A stretch of 63,790 nt of DNA, filler included, from Welwitschia mirabilis (Eukaryota): the NCBI GenBank assembly GCA_051453625.1. It is 7 parts of one record of this genome, joined end to end, with 100 filler letters (N's around TTAATTAATTAA, not from the genome) between each part and the next. Parts side by side here need not be neighbours in the genome. Positions count along the whole stretch, not along the records: positions 1 to 25,680 come from JBOZIK010000001.1; 6 more parts are not named here. One strand, 5' to 3'. Every line of letters begins with the position of its first letter. Positions within the stretch are counted from its first letter, which is position 1. Shown here piece by piece: positions 9,928 through 24,200 of the stretch. Under the pieces are notes generated by a model that saw only the letters and a list, made by a program, of their open reading frames with translations, searched no databases and was not told where the DNA came from. The position numbers and the translations under genes are program-made.

Positions 9928-12900
9928 GTATTTCTGTCTTTTGGTAACAAAGATAAAGTTTACCCCATTCAAATACCAAGGCAACCCATTAATCACAAGG
10001 AAGAGTGCAAATTCAACCAATTAGAGGAAGATGCAGATTTATAGGATCACCAAGAAATGATCGACCTCATTATGTTAGAAATTGTCATGAAAGGAAGAAA
10101 CAAGAAGAAACTATTAAAAAAAATAGGAAGTTGTATACCTTGGTATCCAAAGAAAGTAATCAACTAGAAGGGATTTTGGAAACTATAGGTACTTTGTTAA
10201 ATCTTCTTATAAAATTTTTAGTAGATCTAGGTGCATCTAATTCTTTCATTTCATACTTAATATCTAGAAAGATGTTTTTACAAATTAAGAATGTCAATCA
10301 GTTGATAGTAAAACTTCTAGATGGTAGTCAAAATCAAAATAATTAGAGAAATGCCTATGTGTACATTACATATTGATGGTTATGAATTCAAAGTACAACT
10401 ATTAGTGTTGGAATTAGGCTATTTTGATATTATTCTACGAATGAATTAATTGCAAGAAAATAAAGCTCAAATAGATTACTTAACAAAAGGTTACAGTATT
10501 AGATTCGAAAGGGAAAAGATTGTGGTTTCTAATCATATCAGGACCTATATCAAAAAAACTAATTAGGGGCAAGTAATTGAAAAAGGAATTCAGACATGAA
10601 TAAGCATTGGGAATTATTAAATTTTATTTCTGTTTTTAAAGCAAGACAAATATTTTTTAGTAGTGTAGGAATTTTTAGATTTCTTTCTGGATGAGTCACC
10701 AGGATGTCCTCTGGAAAGAGTAGAAGATTTAGAAATAACTCTTAAACAAGGAGTAGAACCTATCACAAAGGCACTATACAGAATTCCTACTTTGGAGTTA
10801 GCAGAATTACAAACTTAGTTAATGACACTTTTGGATAAAGGGTTGATTAAGCCAAGCATTTCACCATGGTATGTACTAGTGTTATTTGTTAAAAAGAATG
10901 ATGGAGGGTTGAGGCTATGTGTGGATTATAGAATGCTAAACAGAGTAACAATTAAAAATAGTATTCATTATCTAGAATAGATAATCTATTTGATCAACTA
11001 AAGTTTACGAAGTTTTTCTCAAATATTGATCTCAAATCAGATTATCATCAACTCAGAATTAAGAAAGAAGATATTTTCAAAATAGGATTTCACACTAGGT
11101 ATGACTATTATGAATTTTAAGTACTACCACTTGGACTTCTCAATGCACTAAATGCATTTATAACAAATATGAATGACATTTTTGAGCATATCTAGATGTA
11201 TGATGGTGTTTATTAATGATATTTTGGTGTATTTATCAACTAAGGAAGATTACGAATAACATTTATGAATAGTGTTAAATACTTTAAGAAGAAATCAATT
11301 TTATGTCAATCCTAAAAAAGTGTGAATTTTGGTTAACTAAGATTAAATTTTAGGGCATGTAATTTTAAAAGAAAGAATTAATGTGTATAATGATAAAGTA
11401 TAATAGTGATAGACTGATCCAACCTAGAATTAGTAACTGAAGTAAAAAGTTTTCCCAGATTTTTTGGATATTATAGAAGAATTATTCTAAGCTTTTCAAA
11501 AATTACAATTTCTCTCATATTATTATTACAGAAAGATAATTCCTTTAATTAGACAACACATTTTGATGAAGCCCTTCAAAAATTAAAAGAGGCACTTTTA
11601 TCTACATCTATTTTGAAAATGTAGAACCTAAAAAAATGTATACAGTTTATAGTAATGCTTCTAAGAAGGACTATGGGTAGTGTTAATGTAGAAAGGAAGA
11701 GTTATTACTTATGCATCAAGACAATTAAAGAATCATGAAAGGAATTATCTGGTGCATAATTTAGGACTAGCTACTATAATTCATGCACCCAAAATTTGGA
11801 GGCATTATCTATATGAAGAAAAAGTTAAAATTTGAATATATCATACAAGTTTTAAATACATTTCTACTCAACCTGACTTGAATCTTAGGCAAAGGAGATG
11901 GATAGAATTCTTGTAAGATTATAACTTGATAAAAAACTATCATGATAGAAGAGTAAATGTAGTGGCTGATGCGTTAAGTAGGAGAAGGCATTTTGTTAAT
12001 TGCTGAAGTGCATGAAAGGATTTGTATAAATTGAATTTTGATTTACAATAGAATTGTCGTTTGTGCAAAAAGGTGAAAGAATAAGGGATTAAAGGATTTG
12101 TAGCTTCTATTGATGAATTTTTTACTTTTCAAGATAACATTATAATGCCTAATAAAGAGTAGGTAAAGTAGATTATTTTCAATGAATTTCATAATACATG
12201 ATATGCTATCCACCCAGGAGTTAATAAGATGCACAAACATATCAACCAACATTTTTGGTGGCTAGAAATGAAGTTTGAAGTTAATATCTTTGTAGTCAAA
12301 TGTATGACCTATCAATTAGTTAAAGCTAAACACCAACATCTAAATAGAATTTTGTATTTCCATGACAGTCTAGAATGGAAATGGAAAGTACTCAATGTGG
12401 ATTTTATTATAGTTTTGCCTAAGATAAAAGAAGGTTATGAATATATTTTTTCATGATTGATCTGTTAATCAAAAGTGCATATTTTTGTCTAATGAAAATA
12501 ATAAAATTAGCTAAAATAATTATAAAAGATTATGTAAGGAATATGATTAAAGTACATGTAATACCTTAAAAAATAATTTTAGATGGAGACAGTAAGTTTA
12601 CATCTGGATTTTTGACATCATTCCATAAAGAATTGGGAAATAACTTAAATCTAAGTACAACTTTCCATCCTCAAACAGATAGCCAAATAAAACGAATAAA
12701 TCAAATTTTAAAAGACTTGTTAAGATTAGTAATTTTGGATTTTAAAGGTTCTTGGATGAATCATTTAGCATTGGTGGAATTCATGCATAATAATAGCTAC
12801 TAAGAGTAAATAGGATGTATAATGTTTTTAGCATTATATGGAAAGAAATGTAAAACACAGTAACATGGTTTAATGCAGAAGATAAGAAATTTTTGAATGT

Positions 12901-13410
12901 ACTAGATACTGAAGATTTAGAAGAGAAAGTAAGAATGATAAGAAAAAGATAAAAAATGGTAAAGGATAGACAAGCTAAGTATGCAAATTTACAAAGAAGA
13001 CATAGAATTTCAAGAAGGAGATTACGTTTATATTAAATGCTCACCTTTAAAGAGTCTTTAGGTTTGGTAAAAAGGGAAAATTAGCCCCAAGATTTATAGG
13101 GCCTTGGCAGATTATCAAAAGAATTAGACCAGTAGCTTATGAGTTAGCCGTAACACCACATCTATCAACTATTCACAATATTTTTCATATATACTTGTTG
13201 AAAAAATGTTTAACTAATGAAACAAAGATAATCCTTGATCAAGAAGTAGACATTCTTTCATATTATTTAATTAAGGCTCAAACAATTAAGATTTTAGATC
13301 AAAAGCAAATAGTATTATGGGGAAAAATTATACAACTTTATAAAATTCAATGGTCAAATTAATCTATAGAAGAAGAAACTTGGGAAATAAAAATATATAT
13401 TAAGAAATGA
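9928..13410 (+). pseudogene. pol: gag C-terminus and pol (PR, RT, RNase H, integrase, chromodomain) of element A, heavily decayed
   Basis: Zn-knuckle remnant [71 protein letters not shown] and KLAPRFIGPW, chromodomain ..KILDQK..YKIQWSN*SIEEETWE. Confidence 0.9.
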
Positions 13411-13464
13411 AAACTATAGCTTTTGATAAGTTTGTAGGGGGAAACTTCTTAAGAAGGTAAGAAA

Positions 13465-14276
13465 TATTACATTCCAAATTTTGAAAGATTTTAAAACTTA
13501 GTTCCCAAAAAAAATAAAAAATAGAATGGGCATTTAATAAAGAATCCTTTAAGTCTGACAACACTTAATAATTGCCAACTATAACTTAGTGTGGTGGCAA
13601 AGATCTTCACCTATCACATGATAGGTCTTTAGATTAATTCCCTATGGTGTATTATATAAATAAAAATGACTTTCATATTTAAGAAATTAAAGTGCATAGG
13701 GTCATGTAAAATTAATTTAATAAATTTCATAACCTTCATCTAATATCATTTTTTGCATAAATATTGGCCTTATAATAGTTCAATGTTAAAAGTTCTTTCA
13801 CCTCCCTTATTCTTAAATTAATTTAATCTTATATATATAAAAATATTTTTAGTCTTTATAAAATTATTATTTTTATCTCCTAATTAGGTTAAAATAACAT
13901 GCCCCATTTCTATAATAAATTAAAGCATGGTTTATTTAAGAAATTTTAAGAGAGTAATGGGCTAGCTTTTGTTATGAATTGGGAAGTGGTCAACATTCAA
14001 AATTTATAAGGAGATGTAATTAAAGGTATTCATCTAATAGCAAAAGATATAAAAAAGCATTAAAATTAATAAATAAGTGATTTATTAAGTTATTTTAAAA
14101 TAAATTAAGGATAATATATAGTTGTTACCATTAACAACTATTATTCACGATTTCACTATCATTTTCTTTTATGAATCTGCTAAAAATAACTTAAGTGCTT
14201 ATTTGATTTATTAATTAGATTTGGTTTTTATAAAATTATTCACAACAATCCTAAAGCTCTTACATAAGATGTTACA
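13465..14276 (+). repeat. 3' LTR of element A
   Basis: Starts TATTACA (decayed TGTAACA) after the purine tract AAGAAGGTAAGAAA, ends GATGTTACA, and is homologous to 2830-3560. Confidence 0.8.
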
Positions 14277-14910
14277 CTTACTCTGACTTAATATCTCAAG
14301 CCCTTAACATTGATAAATTATGTTGGACCATCTAGAGATATCTAAAGGAATCAGAGGTCATTTATAAGTATTCATCCATCTCATATACCACCTATCACCT
14401 ATATTGGGGTATATCGAAATGAAGCGTAAGCCTATGAAGTTGATCCTAGCCATGTTTGTATAATTTAAAACTTGAAGTAGAACCAACTCAAATCCAAATG
14501 GTGATCAAATATTGAGTTAGAATGCCATTAATAGGAGTGGAAACATCTTATTATATTAGTTAGGTATTATCCTTTAACTTATCTATGTATGTTTATAACA
14601 AGTTTATATATTCTTAACCATTTACAAGATATATTTCTATGTGACAAAAAATAGGAAGAAATGGAGGACATAAAATTATGACATTGCTATGGTTTATAAA
14701 TTAAAATAACTTAGGAAATAATTATAAATAAATATAAAATAATAATATAATCTATTTTTCTCAAAATATAAAAATGCTAATAAAGGAATAAGTAAATTTT
14801 AATCCTAGGTTTCATTGTTTTTATTAGGTAATAATATTAAAGAATGAAGGAAGAAAAAAAAGAGGAAAAAATATAGTGCTTAATTAAGATAAGAAAAGAT
14901 AAGATGTCAT
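14277..14910 (+). mobile_element. 3' portion of an LTR of the element-C family (probable target of element A)
   Basis: Aligns with 25991-26530 (CTTACTCTG...AAGTAGAACCAACTCA...ATCCTAGGTT). Confidence 0.75.
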
Positions 14911-16224
14911 AAAGGGGGTGCCAAATTGCTAACATGACAGCCTATATAATCATAGAGTGATGCGGAGTTAACATAAGCAGCTCAAGAAGCTAAATAGTCA
15001 ATCAAAACTTTTGAGGATCCATTACACTATTAATATCATACTAATATCATTAAGTTTACATTCCAAGTGAGGCTCACAAATAGTAAACCTAGTAATGAGA
15101 TAAGTATAACTCAAACTTTTTAATTAAATTTAGTGTATATGTAATTATATCTATTTAACATGTAGAGAACTTGTAATACTAATCATATGCTAATTATGAA
15201 AATAGTTAGATAGTTTAAACTCCTAAAGATTATTTGAATAATTGAATTGTTTAACCTATAAGAGACAACTTATAGTAGCAAAAAATGAGAATGGCTCTTT
15301 CACAATCCATGCATTGGTAAAGGATTGTATGAATGCTTGCATTAATGCTTTAGAGTAATAAGTTAGAGACATTCAACAATGATCCAAAGGTAATTATGTA
15401 GGTGTCGATAATTCATAGAACATAATGAATAATAAACTTAATTCTATTCTTAGAGGACTCGAAAGAGGATCATGGGAATAATTAATTCAAAAGCTTAATC
15501 ACAAGTCTAACAATCTCTCTAGGCACAAAATAGAAAAATACAAATTTTGAAACTAACTCTCTACAATCCTATAAATAACAAGAAGTATAGAAAATCAAGA
15601 GACATGTACAATAGTGTCACATTTATAATTCACCTCAATCCACTAAAGATAGCATGACGAAAGACCGCAACATGCAAGAATATGTAAAGAAGATTCAAAT
15701 TTTCATGTATGCTATTGTCCTTGTAGGATCGTGAACCCTAGAGAAGGGGAGAGGGTGGGGGGAATGGGGAGGTGAGGAANNNNNNNNNNAAATAAAAATT
15801 TTTAACAATAATTACTATCAGATGAAATTATGACATAAAAAGATATAATAAAATAAAATAAAAAAAATCAAAACCAAAATAAAAGCACAAGACAAGATTT
15901 ATAGTGGTTCAGGATACACCCTACTTCACTCTCAGAAGATAGTCAATAACCAAAGCTATTCCGGATCTCTGTTGCATCACTATGCACTAGGTTTTCAAGG
16001 CTAACCTTCAACCTTATAAAGTGNNNNNNNNNNNNNNNNNNNNNNNNNNNNNNNNNNNNNNNNNNNNNNNNNNNNNNNNNNNNNNNNNNNNNNNNNNNNN
16101 NNNNNNNNNNNNNNNNNNNNNNNCTTCACTCTCAGAAGATAGTCAATAACCAAAGCTATTCCGGATCTCTGTTGCATCACAATGCACTAGGTTTTCAAGG
16201 CTAACCTTCAACCTTATAAAGTGC

Positions 16225-16392
16225 ACTTTTCTAAACCAAGTCTCAACCTTCATAACTGGACTTTTGTAGGCTAAGTCTCAACCTCTTCAAAAAGACTTTT
16301 ATAGGCTAAATCTCACCCTCTTCAAATGGACTTTTATAGACTAAGTCTCAACCTCTTTAAATGGACTTTTATAGGCTAAGTTTCAACCTTCA
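16225..16392. repeat. ~34-bp tandem array (GGACTTTTATAGGCTAAGTCTCAACCTCTTCAAA) in the Sirevirus LTR
   Basis: About 5 copies. A related array lies at 34820-34950. Confidence 0.85.
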
Positions 16393-17792
16393 TAAACTAC
16401 ATAATGGTGAGTGAGGGAATGAAGCCTCTATGCTCTAGATTACTTAAGTAAAAGAACTAACAATAGAGCCTTATTACTCATATTTGATACAAAGGTAAGT
16501 GATGAGTGAGAGAAAAATGATAGTATAAAGATAAGCCCTTCAGATCAAGAGTGTAACCTTCCTTTTTAAAAATCTAATCCAATATTAAGCTCTAGGTTTT
16601 TGAGTGTTGCCTCTTATTTATAGATTTTCCAAAATATAACTATTTAGATAGTTGGACACGAATATGACATTTGTAATAGATAGATTTGGTGAAGTAATAG
16701 TTAGAAAATCACTTTAAAATTTCTGTTTCCACACTATTCGGTCGACTTCTTAAAACATTCGGTCGACCCCTTACCATTTGGTTTAGGGATACTAGCTCTT
16801 AAGATCACAGGTCTAGTTGATCCCATCTAAAATCCGATCAATAGCTTTCCTCCAAGTTCGGTCGACCCCACATGGAGTCCAGTTGACCCCATGGGATATA
16901 GTACATATGGGAAAGCTTAAAAAATGCATCTTCAGGTCTATTAGACCCCTAAAAAATCCAGTTAATCCCATATGAAATATCCTAAAATGCATATTTCCAA
17001 GTTTTATCGGCTCCTACATTAAGTCCTTAGATAGAAACTCAAGTTACTTTAATTAGAACATGTCCAAATCTTGCTATCTTTTGGATAAAGATCCGATAGT
17101 TTCTTGCACTTATAAAATCACTTTTCATTCTATAAAGATCATATTAGTTTGACATCAATTGGTAAAAATAATATTCTAATAATCTCCCCCTTTAACATTG
17201 ATGGCACAGAAAAAAGTGATTTCAAGATCAAACAAATATTTCATTTTTAAGACTTTCTAATAAGACATATTAACATAATAAAATATTCCCCTTTTACAAA
17301 GCCATATAAACAATATTAAGTAAAGGGTGTAAAAAAATTATTTCTAAAAAACCATTTTTAGTAAATGCATATTTTTGAAAACACCATATTTTCTCCCCCT
17401 TTAATATCAATGGTAAAGAATAAAGAAAGAGAGAAAAAGAGCTATAAGCCTTAGAAATGTGGTGAAAAAATATCATATTTTCTCCCCCTAACTTTATGCC
17501 ATGTAAAGAAATAATAATTATGATAGAGTTTCAAAGCAAGTATGAAAATGGGATGATAATTTTTAATTCATAATTTTCAAAAGAAGAACAATTGATGTTA
17601 TGCTCATGATAATAAGATTTGATAACAAAGTGAAATATCAGAACATTCAAAACTTTATAGATAAATATTCACAAATACAAATCACCATTAAGATGCAAGT
17701 TCAAAAAGAAGGTTAATATCATAATAATGGTTCCAATAAGCATATCATATTACAATAATTTATGTTTTAAAATAAGTTGTAATAATCAACAA

Positions 17793-18266
17793 TTAATCAA
17801 AATAATGACATACTACTAAAATTAAAATTTTCTTAAATAAAAAAGACTCTAAATTCTTAGATTTTATCCATATGGTCTTTCTTGAATTTTGGATGCAGAG
17901 TTCTTTGGAAACAAATTTAAATGATAAAGCATCAATGTTTGCAAAATACATACATTTTCTATATGAACAATTGAATTTTGGATGGCCAAATTTATAACAA
18001 TAATGATAAGTGATATTTTTGGTAAAAGATGTTATACCTGTAATACTTACCTTACTTGATGAAGTAGATGTATCATTGCCTTCAAATCTAATACCCCTTT
18101 TGTCATGTGCAAGTTGTCCCAATCCAAGTACCTTCTCAAGATTCTTTAATCCTTTTGTAAATCTACTTAATACTTGTGAAGATTGGCTTAACTTCTTTAT
18201 GAGACTTGTGTTTTCTTCTTGAATCTCTTTGTCTCTTTGATTTACGACTTCATTTTCCCTTCTCAA
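17793..18266 (-). pseudogene. gag: Sirevirus gag C-terminal region with decayed zinc knuckle
   Basis: LEKVLGLGQLAHDKRGIRFEG...TYHYCYKFGHPKFNC matches the SIRE gag D(K/R)RG(L/I)GF and CHYC.K.GH...C motifs. Confidence 0.75.
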
Positions 18267-18299
18267 ATAATTGCTTATCTTTTTATTCTATCATAAATT

Positions 18300-21200
18300 T
18301 AGATCATGAAGGCTCAGAATATGAAAAATTTATGCTAAAAATAATAGAATAATACCCAGAAAGATGTTCTAACACCCCTTTCCCCACCCTAAATAAGAGA
18401 AGTAAGATGTTCCAAATTACACCAAGAATAAAGAAGCCTTGTCATCCCCTCTATCATTGGGATGACAGGCATGAGGTGACAATCATCAAATAAGATGTTT
18501 GGAAGAAAACACATAAAAACAATAAAAAGAAAATAGAAAACAGATAGAAAGTAAAGAAACAGGTTGAAGAACATCCTTATGGAAGAGAAGAAAAAGGTGA
18601 AAGTAGAAGAAAATGCACTAAGTGGAAATAAGCAATGCTCAAAGACTCCTCAAATGTGCTTGAACTCATGTTAAAGAGAAATTAGAACTCATCAGACCAT
18701 GAGAACTATAAGAAAGAAAACAATTATCCTCTAGAAGAATTATGGATAAATATCAACAAGGAACTAGAAAATGATTAGATCCATAATATGATGCTGAAAA
18801 AGTATGGAAAATAACTTTTAAAAATCCAATAAAATAACTAAAGAAAAATAAAAATGAAAATGAACAACTAGGAACATGAAGAAGATTGTTTTTTTACCCT
18901 AAATGCTAACCTAACAAATTTCCTTAGCAATAATCATAAAATCACTTGATGAAAAATGCATGACAGTATGTAGAAATTATAAAGTATCACTCGATTAGGT
19001 AATGATTAGATGATGTCAAGTATGTCTAATGTTATCAAATAAGGAATGATAAGATAAAAAGTTATTTAAGATAAGAACTTGTAGGTTACATATCAAAATA
19101 ACACGAGAATCCAAAAAGGAGAATGATCATGTGAACGTACTAAAAATAAAGAAAGAAAAATGAATCTAAAAAAATAAGCAATGCGTCTAATAATACTAGG
19201 GATATCACTAATCTTATAGCCTCAAAATTTAGTTTATTTTACATGATGAGGGGAGTGCAACCCCTATCAAATAAATAAGGACCCACATAGCATGGCTAAC
19301 TGAACCCTTAGTGGAGTTCCCATAGTTATTATATCACAATAGCAAAGACCCCTATTAGGAATATTTGCCCCAGTGTTCTTACAGTAGGACATCATGATGA
19401 CTATGTTTTTGAGATATAAAATGAAAAAGCATGATATTTATTTTCTTTTTCTCTATCTTCCNNNNNNNNNNNNNNNNNNNNTTTTTACATGACTAAGTAC
19501 TTATAAGGATAAAAGCAAAGTAATGAGATGAATAACAAAGTAAGAACATGCAAAAATAACTAGTTACTTACATCATTAATAGAGAACAAAATAACCAAGA
19601 CATTTTCCTTCTAAAATAAAGTTCATAAACATATGAATGTCTAAAGATTTGATGAATCCAATCTTATCATTAAAAATTCCCAGTAAAATATTTACTAATT
19701 ATGAAAACTTCATAAGTAAATACATATGTCAAGTTAAAAATATTTAAGTAATAACATGATGTTAACCTAAGAAATGAGTTAAGAGAGAATTTAGATAGTG
19801 ACAAAAGAAAGGTCCTCCTTAGGAAGAAGGGCTTCCAAAATAAGTGCTTCTATCATGTTTAAGGTTTCATCAGGAGATGACTTATAAATTTTTGACCTNN
19901 NNNNNNNNNNNNNNNNNNNNNNNNNNNNNNNNNNNNNNNNNNNNNNNNNNNNNNNNNNNNNNNNNNNNNNNNNNNNNNNNNNNNNNNNNNNNNNNNNNNN
20001 NNNNNNNNNNNNNNNNNNNNNNNNNNNNNNNNNNNNNNNNNNNNNNNNNNNNNNNNNNNNNNNNNNNNNNNNNNNNNNNNNNNNNNNNNNNNNNNNNNNN
20101 NNNNNNNNNNNNNNNNNNNNNNNNNNNNNNNNNNNNNNNNNNNNNNNNNNNNNNNNNNNNNNNNNNNNNNNNNNNNNNNNNNNNNNNNNNNNNNNNNNNN
20201 NNNNNNNNNNNNNNNNNNNNNNNNNNNNNNNNNNNNNNNNNNNNNNNNNNNNNNNNNNNNNNNNNNNNNNNNNNNNNNNNNNNNNNNNNNNNNNNNNNNN
20301 NNNNNNNNNNNNNNNNNNNNNNNNNNNNNNNNNNNNNNNNNNNNNNNNNNNNNNNNNNNNNNNNNNNNNNNNNNNNNNNNNNNNNNNNNNNNNNNNNNNN
20401 NNNNNNNNNNNNNNNNNNNNNNNNNNNNNNNNNNNNNNNNNNNNNNNNNNNNNNNNNNNNNNNNNNNNNNNNNNNNNNNNNNNNNNNNNNNNNNNNNNNN
20501 NNNNNNNNNNNNNNNNNNNNNNNNNNNNNNNNNNNNNNNNNNNNNNNNNNNNNNNNNNNNNNNNNNNNNNNNNNNNNNNNNNNNNNNNNNNNNNNNNNNN
20601 NNNNNNNNNNNNNNNNNNNNNNNNNNNNNNNNNNNNACAAAGTAAGAACATGAAAGAACAACTAATTTAATCACATCATTAAAAAAAATAAAAGAACTAA
20701 GGCATCTTCCTTCTAATATGAAGTTCATAGACATACGAATGTCTAAAGAAATGAAGCCAATCTTATCATTGAAAATGCCAAGTAAAATATTACTAATCAT
20801 AGAAGCTTTATAAGTAAATACATATGTCAAGTTAAAGATATCCAAGTGATAACATGATGTTTATCTAAGGAATGAGTTAAGAAAAATTTAAATAATGGCA
20901 AAATGAAGATCCTCCTCATGAATAAGGGCTTCCAAAACAAGTGCTTCTATCATATTCAAGGTTTTATCAGGAGATTACTCATAAGGTTTTAACCTTTATC
21001 CATTAATATTTTGGATTTCTTTAGTGTTTAGATTGAAGATTTTAACTAAGACATTAAAGTATACTTTTTCTATAAGATAAGGACCTAATCATTTAAAAGC
21101 TAACTTATTATGTAAAAGGCATATTTAGGTGTTATATAGAAGGACAAGTTGACCAGGTTCAAACTATTTATGAATAATCTTTTTATCATGTCTAAACTTG

Positions 21201-24200
21201 GCTTGAGTTTTATAAATGAATTGATGATGTAAAGCATGAGTATGTCTTTCATCTAAATGATCGAGTTGGGTTAGTTGAATTTTAAGATTTTTATTCAAGT
21301 CAATAAGGTTAAGTTGATGGATGGATTGATAAGAATTATAGCAAACATCAACTAATAACACACACACACACTTTGTTGTACATAAGTTCATAGGGTAAGA
21401 AACCTAGAGAGTTACTCCAAGTAGTACGGTAAGCCTAAAGAATATTATTAAGTTTAGAAGACTAAGTTTTTTTATTAATAGAGACTAATTTTTGAAGCAT
21501 TTCTTTGATCTCTCTATTTGCATTTTCAGCTTGACCATTGGTTTGAGGATGATAGGCATAAGCAATTCTATGTTCAACACCAATGGATAAAAGAATTTTT
21601 TAAAAAAGGTGATTAATGAAATGAGTTCCTTAATCACTAATGATAATTCATGAAAAACCAAATTATTGAAAGATATGAGTGCGAACAAAGTTGCAAACAG
21701 TTCGAGCATAATTTTTAGTAGTGAAATAGCTTCAACTCACTTAGTAACATAATCTAATATAATTTTTCTCATGGAAAGGTGGTGCACTTAAGCCTATAAA
21801 GTGAATTACCCAATAATCAAAAGGTTCACATTCAAGTATAGGTTTAAGGGATATATCATGAGAATGAGTTAGGGTACCATAGTGTTGACATGCATCACAC
21901 TTTCTAAAAAAGTCAAGTGAATCTTTGAAAAGAGTAAGTCAATAAAAACCAAATTGAATAATTTTCATGGTGGTTTTTTTACCACTAAAGTGTCCTTTAC
22001 ATACTTCACCATGGCAAAGTTTTAAGATTTCTAAAGTTTCTCACTCAAGTATAAACTTATGCATAATTTACTCTATGCAATGTCTATAATGATGGGTTTC
22101 ATTTTACTCATATTCACCAACCCTATGGAGAAAAGATTTATGTTAGTTATGGTTTCAATGCTAACGAGTTTTCATAGTCAGAAGGTAATTCACGATGTTA
22201 GCATATCAAGGAGCAGGATAAGAAGATGAGATGACATAAAGTTGTTTAACCTCAATGAGTTGTTCATTAGGAAAAGAATCATTAAAGGGAGTTTCATCAT
22301 AAGAGTAAGAAAGTCAGGATAGATGATCAGCAATACTATTATGTTTTTCAGTCTTATCAATGATGGTCAGATTAAATTATTACATGAGAAGGATCCATCT
22401 GATAAGTCTGGCACTAGAGTCTTTTTTAATCATGAGATAGCAGATGGCTACATGATCTATGTAAACATTGATGTGAAAACCAAGAAGATAATATCCAAGA
22501 TAATCTAAGCAAAAGACAATGGTAAGGATTTTTCTCTCAGTAGTAGTATAGTAGGATTGGACTTGAAACAAACTTTTGTTAAGATAAAATATGACTTTGA
22601 AACTATTTTCATACTTTTAGCCAAGAAACCCTCCTATAGTAATGTTTATTGCATCACACATAAGTTAAAAGTCTTTACTCTAATTAGGAACTATGACAAT
22701 AGGTTTAGAAGAAATGTTTTCTTTAAGGGTTTTAAATGCAAGTTGACATGAATCATTCTAATTAAATTTAACATCTTTTTGAAGTAAGAAGTAGAAAGGT
22801 TTACAAATTCTTGCATGATCATGAATGAATCGTTAATAAAAACCATCATAACCAAAGAAAGATCTAAATTATTTGACATTACTTAGAGGAATAAGATTTT
22901 TAATAATATCAACTTCTGTGGAGTTCATCCTAATCCATTCTTTTAAAATGTGATGACCTAAAACAATTCCATGTTGAACAAGGGGAAAACTTTTTTTTCC
23001 AACTCAAATGTAAGCCACTATCAATACGTTGATATAGAACTTTTTCTAATTTCACTATAGTTTGTTCAATATCACCAAAGATGGAGAATTCATCCATAAA
23101 AATTTTAATAAAATCTTCTATCATATCAGGAAAAAAGTCCCATCATGGCTTGTTGAAAGGTTTCAAGGGCATTGCAAAGTCTAAAGGGCATTTGTTTAAA
23201 AGCAAAGGTTCTAAGGGTAAGGTGAAAGTGGATTTAGCTTTATCTTTACTTGCTATACAAATTTGATTATAGCCACTATACCTGTCAAGGAAATAATAGT
23301 AGGCATGACCTTGAATTCTATCAAGTACTTGATCAAGAAAGAATAAAGGGTAATGATATTTTTTAGTAACCTCATTAAGTTTTATAAAATTGATGAACAT
23401 TCTTCATTTTTCCCTCTTCTTTGGAACTACTATTAAAAGACTAACCCACTCATATTGGATATGGCATATATAATTCTAGCATTCATAAGTTTAATGATTT
23501 CATAAGTTTATTAATTCTAGCATTCATAAGGGATGGGTTAAGTCTTCTTTGGGAATGTCTAACAGGTTAAGCATTATCGTCAAGGTAAATCTTATGTTAA
23601 ACTATGGAAAGAGAAATGCTAGTTGTCTTTATGTATCTAAGAAAAGGCATTTTCTTTCGAAATTAAGAGTGATATCAAGTTGGATTCTTATTGAGGAGTG
23701 ATAAGATCACTGATTATCAGAGGTTTTATTTGATTTTTGGAAAGAAAAATATATTTTAATCCTTGAAGTAATTTCTTAAGCTAAAGGATGGTATTTTGGG
23801 TTGTCGTCCCATCTCACATGGGGATGACATATGTCAGACAACATGCCTTAAAAGTTTTTCTACTAAATAAATATGTTTAGTTTCTTTTCAGTCTATGTGT
23901 TCTTCATCCTCAGACTTAAGACACTTTATTTCAGTAGGGTCATTATACAAAGTTGGTTTATGTAGCATGATTAATCTCTTTTTAATTGATCGATGTTGTA
24001 ANNNNNNNNNNTTGGTTTCAATTCATCTTCAAAGTTAAACTTAGTTCCTATGTCTTTTTCAGTAGCATCAAGAACTCTAATGGTAATTTATTTGTTGTCA
24101 AAATGGTATCTCATCATCCTAGACTATGTGTCGATGATGCAATGGACAGTTATACAAAAGGCTCCTTCTAAAAGTAGTGGATATCCTCCATCATGTTTTA

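Larger units (their letters stand above)
1881..14276 (+). mobile_element. Degenerate chromoviral Ty3/gypsy (Tekay/Del) element A, interrupted by a ~5.4-kb insert in gag
   Basis: LTR pair (2833-3536 aligns to 13558-14262), tRNA-Met PBS, gag, PR-RT-RH-IN-chromodomain order, purine tract at 13451-13464. The 5' boundary is uncertain. Confidence 0.85.
15722..18290 (-). mobile_element. Sirevirus (copia SIRE) deletion derivative: 3' LTR, multiple PPTs, gag remnant
   Basis: LTR 15722-17181 with ~34-bp tandem repeats and CGGTCGAC motifs, PPT at 17182-17192, upstream PPT copies at ~17287, 17392 and 17480. Homologous to 34509-36400. Confidence 0.85.

Noticed and set aside
4509..9959. Pack-MULE interpretation of the cargo using AGAGGTAAAGT/AAAGATAAAGT as TSD
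   Set aside because: No terminal inverted repeats are visible, and the gag frame is better restored with breakpoints at ~4532/9928.
14911..15721. Possible further LTR remnant (also 46380-47108 and 53710-54214)
   Set aside because: No termini, partner copy or coding motif that I can support.
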